Notes under the pieces: model-generated | Database searches by the model: none | The model's input: only the letters and a program-made list of their open reading frames with translations | Told to the model about the DNA's origin: nothing | Position numbers and translations under genes: made by a program | Shown here: piece by piece, positions 48,212-59,900 of the stretch | Numbering within the stretch: position 1 is the stretch's first letter | Layout: the number at the start of each line of letters is the position of its first letter | From: Eledone cirrhosa | Taxonomy: Eukaryota | NCBI GenBank assembly: GCA_964016885.1 | Contig: OZ024752.1 | Span: 40,300,001-40,364,000 of the forward strand | Direction: 5' to 3' | Length of the DNA: 64,000 bases

Positions 48212-50543
48212 AAAAACTTTTGATGTATTAAAGGATTCTTTGTTTTACTCTCTTAATATATATATATATATACATGTTAAACGATGATGATGATATATAT
48301 ATACACATATACATTTATTGGTGCTTAACACCCTATATAAATACATATCGTATCAGATAATGTATCAGCCACAAATACTGGAATAATACCTACAAGATTA
48401 AAAGAAAGAATATATATATTGATTCAAAGAATCTTAAGTAAGCACCCAACAAATTGAATATGTAATTTGGTACTCATTTTGCTATTCATATATAATTTGT
48501 ACTCATATATAATTTGGTACTCATATGGCTTATACCAGAGCTCCATGTTCTACCATGACACCTAAAAATATATTTAGTATTAAAAAGATATAAAATAAAA
48601 CTTAAAAATTTACTAAAAGATAAAAAATAGAAATTGTCCTCTTCTAGGTCATGTGTCCTTAGTTTAGAATCACTGGCTTATATACCATTGGGAAGGGTAT
48701 AAATGGTACAGTTTCACATTATCTTACCCTCTTTAAATTAAGGACCTTGACCTGCCATTGAAATAAGGCCCCTGAATTGTTTATTGTTTTTTTCTCTTCT
48801 CTGCCTGTTCCCTGATATTCTACACTTTAACATCAACAGTGCAGTTTTTTCTCTCTCTTTCTCTTTAGTTTTTTATTGTCTAGTATGTTCAGTCACTTTT
48901 GTGGTGACATTGAAAATAGGCTCAAGAATCATATGTTTCTCATTCTCTTGTCTCCTTTACCCCCACACCCCACCCTTGGTATTTCCCCATTTTGCTATCC
49001 TAGGGCAACCACCATTCTCTTCTGATAAAACACTTATGTTGTTATTTAGGAACTTTATAGCATCAGTTCCCAAATTTTATACATTTTCATACCTCTTAAA
49101 CTTACCAAATGTCTTATCTCTGTCTTTTGCACACATCTTTCTCTTTTACACACGTACAGACGTGCACACACAAACATACAGATACACACTCACACACCAT
49201 GTTAAAATATTTCTTTTAGAAAATAGAGGGTTTTCTTGTTCGTGAAAAACAACACAAATCCTCTATATTTTATATTTTAAAACTATTTAATGATAAAAAA
49301 AACCCTTCAAATAATCAGATTTTATTGAACAAGTTTATTCAAAATATATATTTAACTCATAATGTCCTGTACTGCATGAAACCACATTAGTAAAACTTTT
49401 TGAAAAGTACAAGACAAGACTATGACCATATCACAAAATTCCAACCTTGACGCGTTGGTCACATTTCCGAAGACTGCTGCTAGTAACACAGAGGCGTGGA
49501 ACTTATCCAAATACAGGGACTGATTGGCCACTTCCATTTTGTGCCAGTTGTTGAAACCGCCATTGTCCTTGTAACTCTGGACTACCATTTTCCTCCACAA
49601 AATCGGGTGGAGAGCATCCCACCTGAAGAAAAAGCCCCGTGGGGTTGAATGACTGATGTAGTGGGTGTCACTGGCTCTTCTCCATGGCAATACTTTTGCT
49701 ACCTTGTCTGCAGGGTGCAGCTGCGATATATCGCCTAGTTAGGCTGGTAGTGACCCCCCCCCCCTCTCCGTTCCTAATTTTTTCTCCAGCCCCACATATA
49801 TTTTTAGTTTCCTATCTTCCTGTATTCATCATTGTATACGTCTGTTCAACCATAAATTTACAGCTATATATAATATTTTGTACCCTTCAAAACAATACTG
49901 TCGCATGCCATTTTGAACGAAGCCTGTTATAATATTTCTCATCATAAACTGGTATTGTGAGGTATTTTTATATATTTTAATAATTAATATTATTTATGAT
50001 ATATAAATTTGAGAAAGAAATGTCACTCATCTTTACCCATAGACTTTTCGGTCAGCCTGTGTCTGGCTTAGACTTAGGTCAGTTTAGCTTTCTTACTACA
50101 CTTAATAGTTTACAAATTAACGTATTTTCATTTGCATGAAATCACTACTATAATGACACTATAAATTAGGGTCTCTCAGCTAAGCAGCATAAATAAGCCT
50201 ACAGAGAGAGGGGTAGGGGAGTAAGAGAGACTGTGTGCCATATCATTTACTCTCTGGGAGTGGGAGAAATGGAACTTTTTTTTTTGTGTAAATATATTTA
50301 TTTACTTTTTTTTTGTAGAGTCTGTAGGTCATGCTTTATGCTTAATAAGCCCCAGCTGTTGTCCTAGTACCCTGTTTTAACACATGTTCCTAACATGGTA
50401 CCTAGCAGTGGTAGATAGAGAACCAAACATTTTAAACTAAAAAAACTATAAATAGAAATGAAATAACTAAATATGTTTAAAAGTTGTGTTGATTAAACCC
50501 ATTTGATACCAAATTGCCCGAAACTACCTTTGGTTTTATGATA

Positions 50544-51135
50544 CATCATCATCATCATTTTACGTCCGCTTCTCCCTGCTTGCAAGGGTGGGACGGGAAC
50601 TGATTCTGGCTTGATTTCTACAGCTGGATGCCCTTCCTAACACCAACCTCATTTACAGTGAGTGCTGGGTGCTTTTTTGCCGTGGCACCTCCACGACCAC
50701 TTTGCAGTGGAATGATATGGACCCCAGTCCCTATCATCTCATTTCTACAGCTGGATGCCCTTCCTAACACCAACCTCATTTACAGTGAGTGCTGGGTGCT
50801 TTTTTGCCGTGGCACCTCCACGACCACTTTGCAGTGGAATGATATGGACCCCAGTCCCTATCATCTCATTTCTACAGCTGGATGCCCTTCCTAACACCAA
50901 CCTCATTTACAGTGAGTGCTGGGTGCTTTTTTGCCGTGGCACTTCCACAACCACTTTGCAGTGGAATGATATGGACCCCAGTCCCTGTCATCTCATTTCT
51001 ACAGCTGAGTAAACTGGAGCAATGTGAAATAAAGTGTCTTGCTCAAGGAAACAACACATTACCCAGTCTGAGAATTGAACTCACAACCTTTCAATTGCAA
51101 GGCCAATGCTATAACCCACTAATCCATGTGCCTCC
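50544..51135 (-). mobile_element. SINE-B with an internal 127-bp segment triplicated
   Basis: ATTTCTACAGCTG at 50614, 50741, 50868 and 50995. Confidence 0.93.
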
Positions 51136-51329
51136 ATGCATACAAAGCTGTATATTTTACAATGTTTATATTTATCTAAAAAAAAAAAACCCAAACCCAT
51201 GTTTAATTTAAGAAGCTTATTTCAGTTATGTTTCAAACACTAGCTTTATAATAAAGTTGGTTATATTAATAAATGCCTTCAAATTCTGGAATATTTTCAA
51301 AATTATTTGAAAAGTATAAGCAGAGTCTT

Positions 51330-51476
51330 TCATTCACCACCATAGGCGCTGAGCTGGCCAGCCGCAGGTGTGAGCTTCGGGAACTGGAATGGCTCTTCCA
51401 GCACGTCTCCGTTGCCGTGTTCCGCGGAAACACTTCCTCTATTCTGTCCACCGGGGGGATGTGGGGTGGCCATTAA
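51330..51476 (+). mobile_element. CRE-clade retrotransposon C-terminal fragment
   Basis: TTIGAELASRRCELRELEWLFQHVSVAVFRGNTSSILS. Confidence 0.78.
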
Positions 51477-51526
51477 TATGATTGACTGACTTGTCATTTT
51501 ATCATGTACTTTTTATATATCTATAA

Positions 51527-51873
51527 GGAGGCACATGGCTTAGTGGTTAGAGCATTGGCCTTGCAATCGAAAGGTTGTGAGTTCAATTCTCAGACCGGGT
51601 GATGTGTTGTTTCCTTGAGCAAGACACTTTACTTTATTTCACATTGCTCCAGTTTACTCAGCTGTAGAAGTGAGATGATAGGGACTGGGATCCCTATCAT
51701 TCCACTGCAAAGTGGTTGTGGAGGTGCCACGGAAAAAAAAGCACCCAGCACTCACTGTAAATGAGGTTGGTGTTAGGAAGGGCATCCAGCTGTAGAAATC
51801 AAGCCAGAATCAGTTCCCGTCCCACCCTTGCAAGCAGGGAAAAAGCGGACGTAAAATGAAATGAAATGAAATG
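51527..51873 (+). mobile_element. SINE-B, full length
   Basis: Matches the consensus; tail (AAATG)n. Confidence 0.93.
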
Positions 51874-53289
51874 TGTCAGACACATTAGATAGTGTAACCA
51901 CTGATGTTAATGTCTGCTTTCCCTGCTAGCCAGGGTTGGATGGGTCTACATAGACCAAGTCAATACTGAAGCAGGGCTACTGACCTCCCAGACAGGCTGA
52001 GTGGTGGGGTTTGTATCTCATGTATGGTCTTACAGTCTATTGAGTGCACAGGAAAGGTTGTTGTGTTTTTAACACAACCAAAGAGTTGGTAACAAAAGTG
52101 TTAATACTGTAAGACATGCAATAACTTCATTGTATCAATATTTTACCAAGATATAAAAGGGCCACGCTGCTGTCTCCTCTCTTGCTTTGTCTATCATAAC
52201 TACACTGACCTCTCTGCTCCTCAGGGCTTCTGGTTCCATGCACTCTTAACTCACTTGTCTCTCATCTTTTTATCTCCTTCCCTAACTTCCATTCCCAGTC
52301 TTTTCTAGAACATTGGATGGCCCCTGGAATTCCCTTTCTGTCCATGTTTTGTCTTATAGCTACTAGTCAATAGGAACATTAACGGCATCAATCTCAATTA
52401 TCTCAAGAGGGTACTGTAAAAGCTATGGGCATGTCCCTTCCTCCAGACCAATTAAATACAATAAGAATCCAGCAATGAACAAACCAGCAGTTGACTCGTA
52501 ATCTGGACTGTTCCACAATCATAGAAGGGAGATTCCATATATAACAATTTCCCATTGGTGACTCTATTTAGGTTAAATCCGATGCAGTCTTTGGTTAAAA
52601 CATTTTTACTTGCTTCATGTTGACTTCAAGCCTTTTGACAAATTTTCAGTTGGTTCCATTTTCAATTTTGGTATTGGTGGAATGTTGACTAATCTTTCTT
52701 ACATCTGTCTTGTTCTTTGATGTACTAGTGGGGGAAAAATAAAACAACAAAGAAACATTAAAAAACCCCTAATTTATCAATGTCTAATACTATTATAATT
52801 TTTCCAAAATATAAGAGAAATATAAATATAAATATATGTTTCAGTCTTACTGTGATCTCTTCAGTGAAGCATAGTTTTTGTCCTACTTACTGAAATAGTG
52901 AACTCATTGAGAGACTAAATAATACAGATAAAATCAACTAATATGGTTTTTATTTTATTTTTGAATATCTGTTACAAGTTAGATTTATATTTCTCTATGG
53001 ATTAGATATATTAACCCAAACTCATGTATTATTCACTAAATTTGGATAGTACGCTGGTAAACAAAAATTAAAACAGCAAATATTTGATCAATACCTGCTC
53101 AAAAGCAACAGGTGTTGCTCTGACAGTTTAAAGCTACTAGTATATTTTAGTCATTGTAACCAGGTCATATGTTTAGAAAGACTTTGAGAAGAAATGAGGA
53201 TGCATCGTGGTGATGTATTTTTGAAAGAGGTGTTAGCTGCATAAGTAGAGTGAAATGGTTCCAGCTAGGATTTGAAGCTTAATTATCAA

Positions 53290-53495
53290 GAACTTACATC
53301 TTCTTCTGTAAGTAGAGACTTCTGGCATTCATGTCCCACTCTCCCAACCATATCCCTACTCACTGCTCTTGGTGGTGGGGCGTGAGATTGTCAACCTGCA
53401 AGTGTGAACCCCCGTAAGGTGGAATGGCTGTTCCAGCATGTCTCCCTCGCCGTCCTATGGAGCAATGTCTTTTCCCTCCTGTCTGTTGACCCTTA
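53290..53495 (+). mobile_element. CRE-clade C-terminal fragment, decayed
   Basis: VETSGIH ... CEPP*/KVEWLFQHVSLAVLWSNVFSLLS. Confidence 0.7.
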
Positions 53496-53621
53496 AGTTT
53501 CATTTATGGTGGTGGTGTGGAATATATTTATTTGCATTTTATTATATTATGTAGACTCTTTTTAGTTTGTTATAGAAATAGCACCTCCATTGTCTTGAAT
53601 ACACGCTATTAATATCCACCA

Positions 53622-53846
53622 AGGCGGTGGATTGGCAGTATCGGTAGAGCGTCAAACACTCTGCTTTGTAGCATAGAGTTATAGCCCTTTATGTTCTGAG
53701 TTCAAATCTTGCCGAGGTTAGCCTTGCCTTTCATCCTTACAGGGCTGATAAAATAAAGCACCAGTAATGCACTGTGATCGATTTAATCGACTTTCCACTC
53801 CCCACCCCAAAAATTGCTGGCCATGTGCCTAAATCTGAAACAAATA
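53622..53846 (+). mobile_element. SINE-A long variant, full length
   Basis: GGCGGTGGATTGGCAGTATCGG, GAGTTCAAATC, extra GATCGATTTAATCGAC...CCCACCCC segment. Confidence 0.88.
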
Positions 53847-54479
53847 TGCCCAGTTCCACCTTTCAATCATTCAAAGGTAAAACTACCATTTTATTGATTT
53901 TCTTACCTGTCTGTAGTTTCTGTAGTTTTGTTGTTGTTGTTGTAAAATAATGCAAGTTTTAATATTGCAGTTGATTCTAGTTTCATCATCATCATTTCTA
54001 TCACCATTTTTCTGTGTTGGTATGGGTTAGATAAGTCTTTTTTGAGGCAGTCATCCACAACCAGATTTGTATATTTTATATAATCGAAAGTTGTTTCAAA
54101 AAAAATAAAACTGCTTCCTCACTCCTCTTCCTACTACCATTGCTCCCACCACAACCACCTCCACCACCATCACTACTACTGTCCCCTACAGCTAGATTTG
54201 TACATTTTACATAGTCTGAAATGTTTAAAAAAAAAACCACCACCACTACCACTGTTACAACCACCACTACTACTATTACAACCACCACCACTACTACTAT
54301 TACAACCACCACTACTACTACAATCATCATCAGTAGCAACAGTAACAGCAGTGGCAGCAGCAAATATAATTATATTCCCCATTTGATTATGTATTTAACT
54401 ATTTTGAGTCATATAACAATGTTGAATCAACTAGAGTTGTTGATTTTGTCCATCTGTTCAGGTTGGATAGCATAAAGAA

Positions 54480-54830
54480 ATCATCATCATCATCATCATC
54501 ATTTCATTTTACGTCCGCTTTTTCCCTGCTTGCAAGGGTGGGACGGGAACTGATTCTGGCTTGATTTCTACAGCTGGATGCCCTTCCTAACACCAACCTC
54601 ATTTACAGTGAGTGCTGGGTGCTTTTTTGCCGTGGCAACTCCATGACCACTTTGCAGTGGAATGATAGGGACCCCTGTCCCTATCATCTCATTTCTACAG
54701 CTGAGTATACTGGAGCAATGTGAAATATAGTGTCTTGCTCAAGGAAACAACACATCACCCGGTCTGAGAATTGAACTCACAACCTTTCGATTGCAAGGCC
54801 AATGCTCTAACCACTAAGCCATGTGCCTCC
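54480..54830 (-). mobile_element. SINE-B, full length
   Basis: Reverse complement of the consensus. Confidence 0.93.
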
Positions 54831-55149
54831 ATCAAAAAATCTTTTTAAAAATGTCTCCTTAAATTTTGAATGAGTTGTTGGATCACTAGTGAAGAATTTG
54901 TTTATGTAATGTGCAGGACCTATGAGAGGGTGGTCCAGCCAATACTTTGTTCCGGGGTCCAAGAGCTAAGAAAGCCCCATAGCAACCATGCAACATCCAT
55001 TTTGAGAAAAATCTTTGTCTGTTTTGGGTGCCAAGTAGGTCTTGTACTGTCTTGCAAAATTTCTATTGGAGGCTCTGGTAATGTGCCAAAGATCATTCTT
55101 CTTGAAATGGTAGTACGGTTCCCTTTTCTTTCCTACTAACTTTTTTTTA

Positions 55150-55400
55150 ATCGACAAGATCCTAAACCTCATTCGCTTACCAAGTGGGGGTGAAACTTGT
55201 CAAATTGGACCAAGGAAACTATATTTCCATTAGTCTTTCCATTGCTGATACTATTTACCTGTCGCAACTCTTGGCAAAAAGAGTAACGTGAAATAAAGTG
55301 ACTTGCTCAAGGACATAATGCTTCGCCCAGTCCAGGAATCGAACTCACAACCTCATAATTGCGAATCCAATTCTCTAACCATTAAGCCACATGCCTTCAC
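55150..55400 (-). mobile_element. SINE family D
   Basis: A box TGGCTTAATGG, B box GAGTTCGATTCC; homologous to 11689-11935. Confidence 0.78.
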
Positions 55401-55494
55401 CTACTAACTAAAACTTCAATTTTTCCTGAGTTTACTTTGAGGCCTCTCATCTCTAGATTTAGCTTCAGTGTGAGGAATGTCTTTCCTAAATCTT

Positions 55495-55800
55495 CTCCAG
55501 AACATATCCTAGAGAACACACATAGCAAATAAATCATTGTACAGCTCACACCTTCGCATTTCTGACATCATAAGGCGCTAGGAGGCTCACATTAGTCTGG
55601 CTTGTGAAACATCACAATGAACCTGCTGCCAGAGCTCTTTTCTGGAAACCTGATGCGTGCAGACGAGTTGTGAGACCAATCATCACAATGATGAAAGATG
55701 TTCTTGAAGATGACACTGGGCTGGGGACAAAGGAAATTCAGACAGCAATGCTAGACAGGGTGAGCTGGAGTAAGAACTTCATTATGGTACTGGTAACAGA
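55495..55800 (+). mobile_element. Decayed RTE-group LINE C-terminus
   Basis: ISDIIRR*, HHNEPAARALFWKP, DVLEDDTGL, AMLDRVSW; same type as 32870-33180. Confidence 0.7.
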
Positions 55801-56195
55801 TGTATAGGAGAAGAAATCTTCTACAAATTCAGCCTGATGGTACCATGGGTTTTGCATTTGTATTGTTAGGGTTGACCTGGCTTCTTGAAGCTGAATTGTT
55901 AACTAAAACCATGAATCAAACACTAGGAGATAATCTGTAAACTTCGTATCTAGGTCATCAGTCACACATTGTTTAACACAGGTCTGCTGACTCATCGATG
56001 ACTCAATTATCAAAAACATTCAAGTTATGACCATCTTATTTTATTTCACACATAGTTTATCTAGGACTACATTATACAATGTAGCTTTTTGTTTTTTAAA
56101 GATGTTTGTGATGTAATTTCAGAGAGATTTGTCTACTATTTCTAACATAAGGAGCAACCATTTACAGGCTCCCTTGTTTTTATTGCCATCTAAAG

Positions 56196-56385
56196 CAGGC
56201 ATGTCAAACTGAGGGTCCCCCTGAGGGCCACATGGGTCACAAATGTGTTGTTTGAGGGCCACACATGACAACTAATTGCACACATTACAACTAATATTTT
56301 TTTATTCTATATTACGCTGGCGCTGTAAAACCCTTTGTGTGGACTGCACATGTATTTGTGAAGGGCCACATGTTTGACATGCCTG
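56196..56385. mobile_element. hAT MITE
   Basis: Perfect 14-bp TIRs CAGGCATGTCAAAC / GTTTGACATGCCTG; 8-bp TSD ATCTAAAG. Confidence 0.93.
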
Positions 56386-56555
56386 ATCTAAAGGATGAAA
56401 GTACAAACGTAAATCACAGTAAAATTTGAATTAACAGTTGAAAATAGCTGATTTGGAAGTCAATTATTTGTTCCAGTCTGGAGACAACCTATAATTATCC
56501 ACTATGCACAATTTTCAGTCAGTGTTCTCATTAAAATAATTCAACAAAGTTTCCT

Positions 56556-56589
<34 letters not shown>

Positions 56590-56835
56590 TAGTAATAGCA
56601 GTACTGGTGGTAGTAGTACAAGTAGTGATGGTGGTAGTAGTAGTTTTGGGGGTAGTTACACTGGAATTTATAGCAAATAAGTTGAAAAGAAAACCTACAA
56701 AACCTCTAAGAAATTCCAGTTGCTTTTCTTATAGCTCTTATATTGTATTAGTGTTCGTGTTTACCTAGAATGGGTTAATCCTTGAATCCCACAGCATCAT
56801 GAATAGCGGTCAAGACATCATGAATAGTGGTGGTT

Positions 56836-56890
56836 CATCATCATCATGTAACGTCCATCTTCTGCGCTAGCATGGGTTAGACGGATTCAT
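56836..56890 (-). mobile_element. RTE-type retroposon tail next to the large array
   Basis: Minus strand CCGTCTAACCCATGCTAGCGCAGAAGATGGACGTTACA(TGA)n. Confidence 0.7.
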
Positions 56891-56965
56891 GTATGGCAAT
56901 CACAGACTTCAAGGATGGATGTCAGCCAGTCATGGTTGCAACAGCTAATGTAGCATGACTTCATT

Positions 56966-59900
56966 GGTGTCATGTGCACCTGGCAGTTGATACAGTTGTC
57001 CCCTGGTATTTGTTTAAATAGCCTCACCAACCTGCAATTGTCCAAGCATGGGTGTCAGGTGCATATGACAGTTGATACAGTTGTCCCCTGGTATTTGTTT
57101 AAATAGCCTCACCAACCTGCAATTGTCCAAGCATGGGTGTCATGTGCACCTGGCAGTTGATACAGTTGTCCCCTGGTATTTGTTTAAATAGCCTCACCAA
57201 CCTGCAATTGGCCAAGCATGGGTGACATGTGCACCTGGCAGTTGATACAGTTGTCCCCTGGTATTTGTTTAAATAACCTCACCAACCTGCAATTGGCCAA
57301 GCATGGGTGTCAGGTGCATATGACAGTTGATACAGTTGTCCCCTGGTATTTGTTTAAATAGCCTCACCAACCTGCAATTGGCCAAGCATGGGTGACATGT
57401 GCACCTGGCAGTTGATACAGTTGTCCCCTGGTATTTGTTTAAATAGCCTCACCAACCTGCAATTGGCCAAGCATGGGTGACATGTGCACCTGGCAGTTGG
57501 TACAGTTGTCCCCTGGTATTTGTTTAAATAGCCTCACCAACCTGCAATTGGCCAAGCATGGGTGACATGTGCACCTGGCAGTTGGTACAGTTGTCCCCTG
57601 GTATTTGTTTAAATAGCCTCACCAACCTGCAATTGGCCAAGCATGGGTGTCATGTGCACCTGGCAGTTGGTACAGTTGTCCCCTGGTATTTGTTTAAATA
57701 GCCTCACCAACCTGCAATTGGCCAAGCATGGGTGACATGTGCACCTGGCAGTTGGTACAGTTGTCCCCTGGTATTTGTTTAAATAGCCTCACCAACCTGC
57801 AATTGGCCAAGCATGGGTGTCATGTGCACCTGGCAGTTGATACAGTTGTCCCCTGGTATTTGTTTAAATAGCCTCACCAACCTGCAATTGGCCAAGCATG
57901 GGTGTCATGTGCATCTGACAGTTGATACAGTTGTCCCCTGGTATTTGTTTAAATAGCCTCACCAACCTGCAATTGTCCAAGCATGGGTGACATGTGCACC
58001 TGGCAGTTGGTACAGTTGTCCCCTGGTATTTGTTTAAATAGCCTCACCAACCTGCAATTGGCCAAGCATGGGTGTCATGTGCATCTGACAGTTGATACAG
58101 TTGTCCCCTGGTATTTGTTTAAATAGCCTCACCAACCTGCAATTGGCCAAGCATGGGTGTCATGTGCATCTGACAGTTGATACAGTTGTCCCCTGGTATT
58201 TGTTTAAATAGCCTCACCAACCTGCAATTGGCCAAGCATGGGTGTCATGTGCATCTGACAGTTGATACAGTTGTCCCCTGGTATTTGTTTAAATAGCCTC
58301 ACCAACCTGCAATTTGCCAAGCATGGGTGACATGTGCACCTGGCAGTTGATACAGTTGTCCCCTGGTATTTGTTTAAATAGCCTCACCAACCTGCAATTG
58401 GCCAAGCATGGGTGACATGTGCACCTGGCAGTTGATACAGTTGTCCCCTGGTATTTGTTTAAATAGCCTCACCAACCTGCAATTGGCCAAGCATGGGTGT
58501 CAGGTGCATATGACAGTTGATACAGTTGTCCCCTGGTATTTGTTTAAATAGCCTCACCAACCTGCAATTGGCCAAGCATGGGTGTCATGTGCACCTGGCA
58601 GTTGATACAGTTGTCCCCTGGTATTTGTTTAAATAGCCTCACCAACCTGCAATTGGCCAAGCATGGGTGTCAGGTGCATATGACAGTTGATACAGTTGTC
58701 CCCTGGTATTTGTTTAAATAGCCTCACCAACCTGCAATTGGCCAAGCATGGGTGTCATGTGCATATGACAGTTGATACAGTTGTCCCCTGGTATTTGTTT
58801 AAATAGCCTCACCAACCTGCAATTGGCCAAGCATGGGTGTCATGTGCATATGACAGTTGATACAGTTGTCCCCTGGTATTTGTTTAAATAGCCTCACCAA
58901 CCTGCAATTGGCCAAGCATGGGTGTCATGTGCACCTGGCAGTTGATACAGTTGTCCCCTGGTATTTGTTTAAATAGCCTCACCAACCTGCAATTGGCCAA
59001 GCATGGGTGTCAGGTGCATATGACAGTTGATACAGTTGTCCCCTGGTATTTGTTTAAATAGCCTCACCAACCTGCAATTGGCCAAGCATGGGTGTCAGGT
59101 GCATATGACAGTTGATACAGTTGTCCCCTGGTATTTGTTTAAATAGCCTCACCAACCTGCAATTGTCCAAGCATGGGTGTCATGTGCATATGACAGTTGA
59201 TACAGTTGTCCCCTGGTATTTGTTTAAATAGCCTCACCAACCTGCAATTGGCCAAGCATGGGTGTCATGTGCATATGACAGTTGATACAGTTGTCCCCTG
59301 GTATTTGTTTAAATAGCCTCACCAACCTGCAATTGGCCAAGCATGGGTGTCATGTGCACCTGGCAGTTGATACAGTTGTCCCCTGGTATTTGTTTAAATA
59401 GCCTCACCAACCTGCAATTGGCCAAGCATGGGTGTCAGGTGCATATGACAGTTGATACAGTTGTCCCCTGGTATTTGTTTAAATAGCCTCACCAACCTGC
59501 AATTGGCCAAGCATGGGTGTCAGGTGCATATGACAGTTGATACAGTTGTCCCCTGGTATTTGTTTAAATAGCCTCACCAACCTGCAATTGGCCAAGCATG
59601 GGTGACATGTGCACCAGGCAGTTGGTACAGTTGTCCCCTGGTATTTGTTTAAATAGCCTCACCAACGTGCAATTGGCCAAGCATGGGTGTCATGTGCACC
59701 TGGCAGTTGGTACAGTTGTCCCCTGGTATTTGTTTAAATAGCCTCACCAACCTGCAATTGGCCAAGCATGGGTGTCAGGTGCATATGACAGTTGGTACAG
59801 TTGTCCCCTGGTATTTGTTTAAATAGCCTCACCAACGTGCAATTGGCCAAGCATGGGTGACATGTGCACCTGGCAGTTGATACAGTTGTCCCCTGGTATT

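Larger units (their letters stand above)
47529..48257 (+). mobile_element. 5'-truncated Penelope-like element with inverted terminal copy
   Basis: ~205-bp inverted repeat (47529-47734 vs 48055-48257) with a hammerhead in each arm; FLIFLMFKLPIGLN right after the left arm resembles the P.GLN end of PLE GIY-YIG domains; (TA)n at the 3' end. Confidence 0.82.

Noticed and set aside
52600-52745. Strong minus-strand acceptor (TTTTTCCCCCACTAG) followed by a possible 22-nt micro-exon
   Set aside because: No recognisable peptide or partner exons; cannot be distinguished from chance without RNA data.
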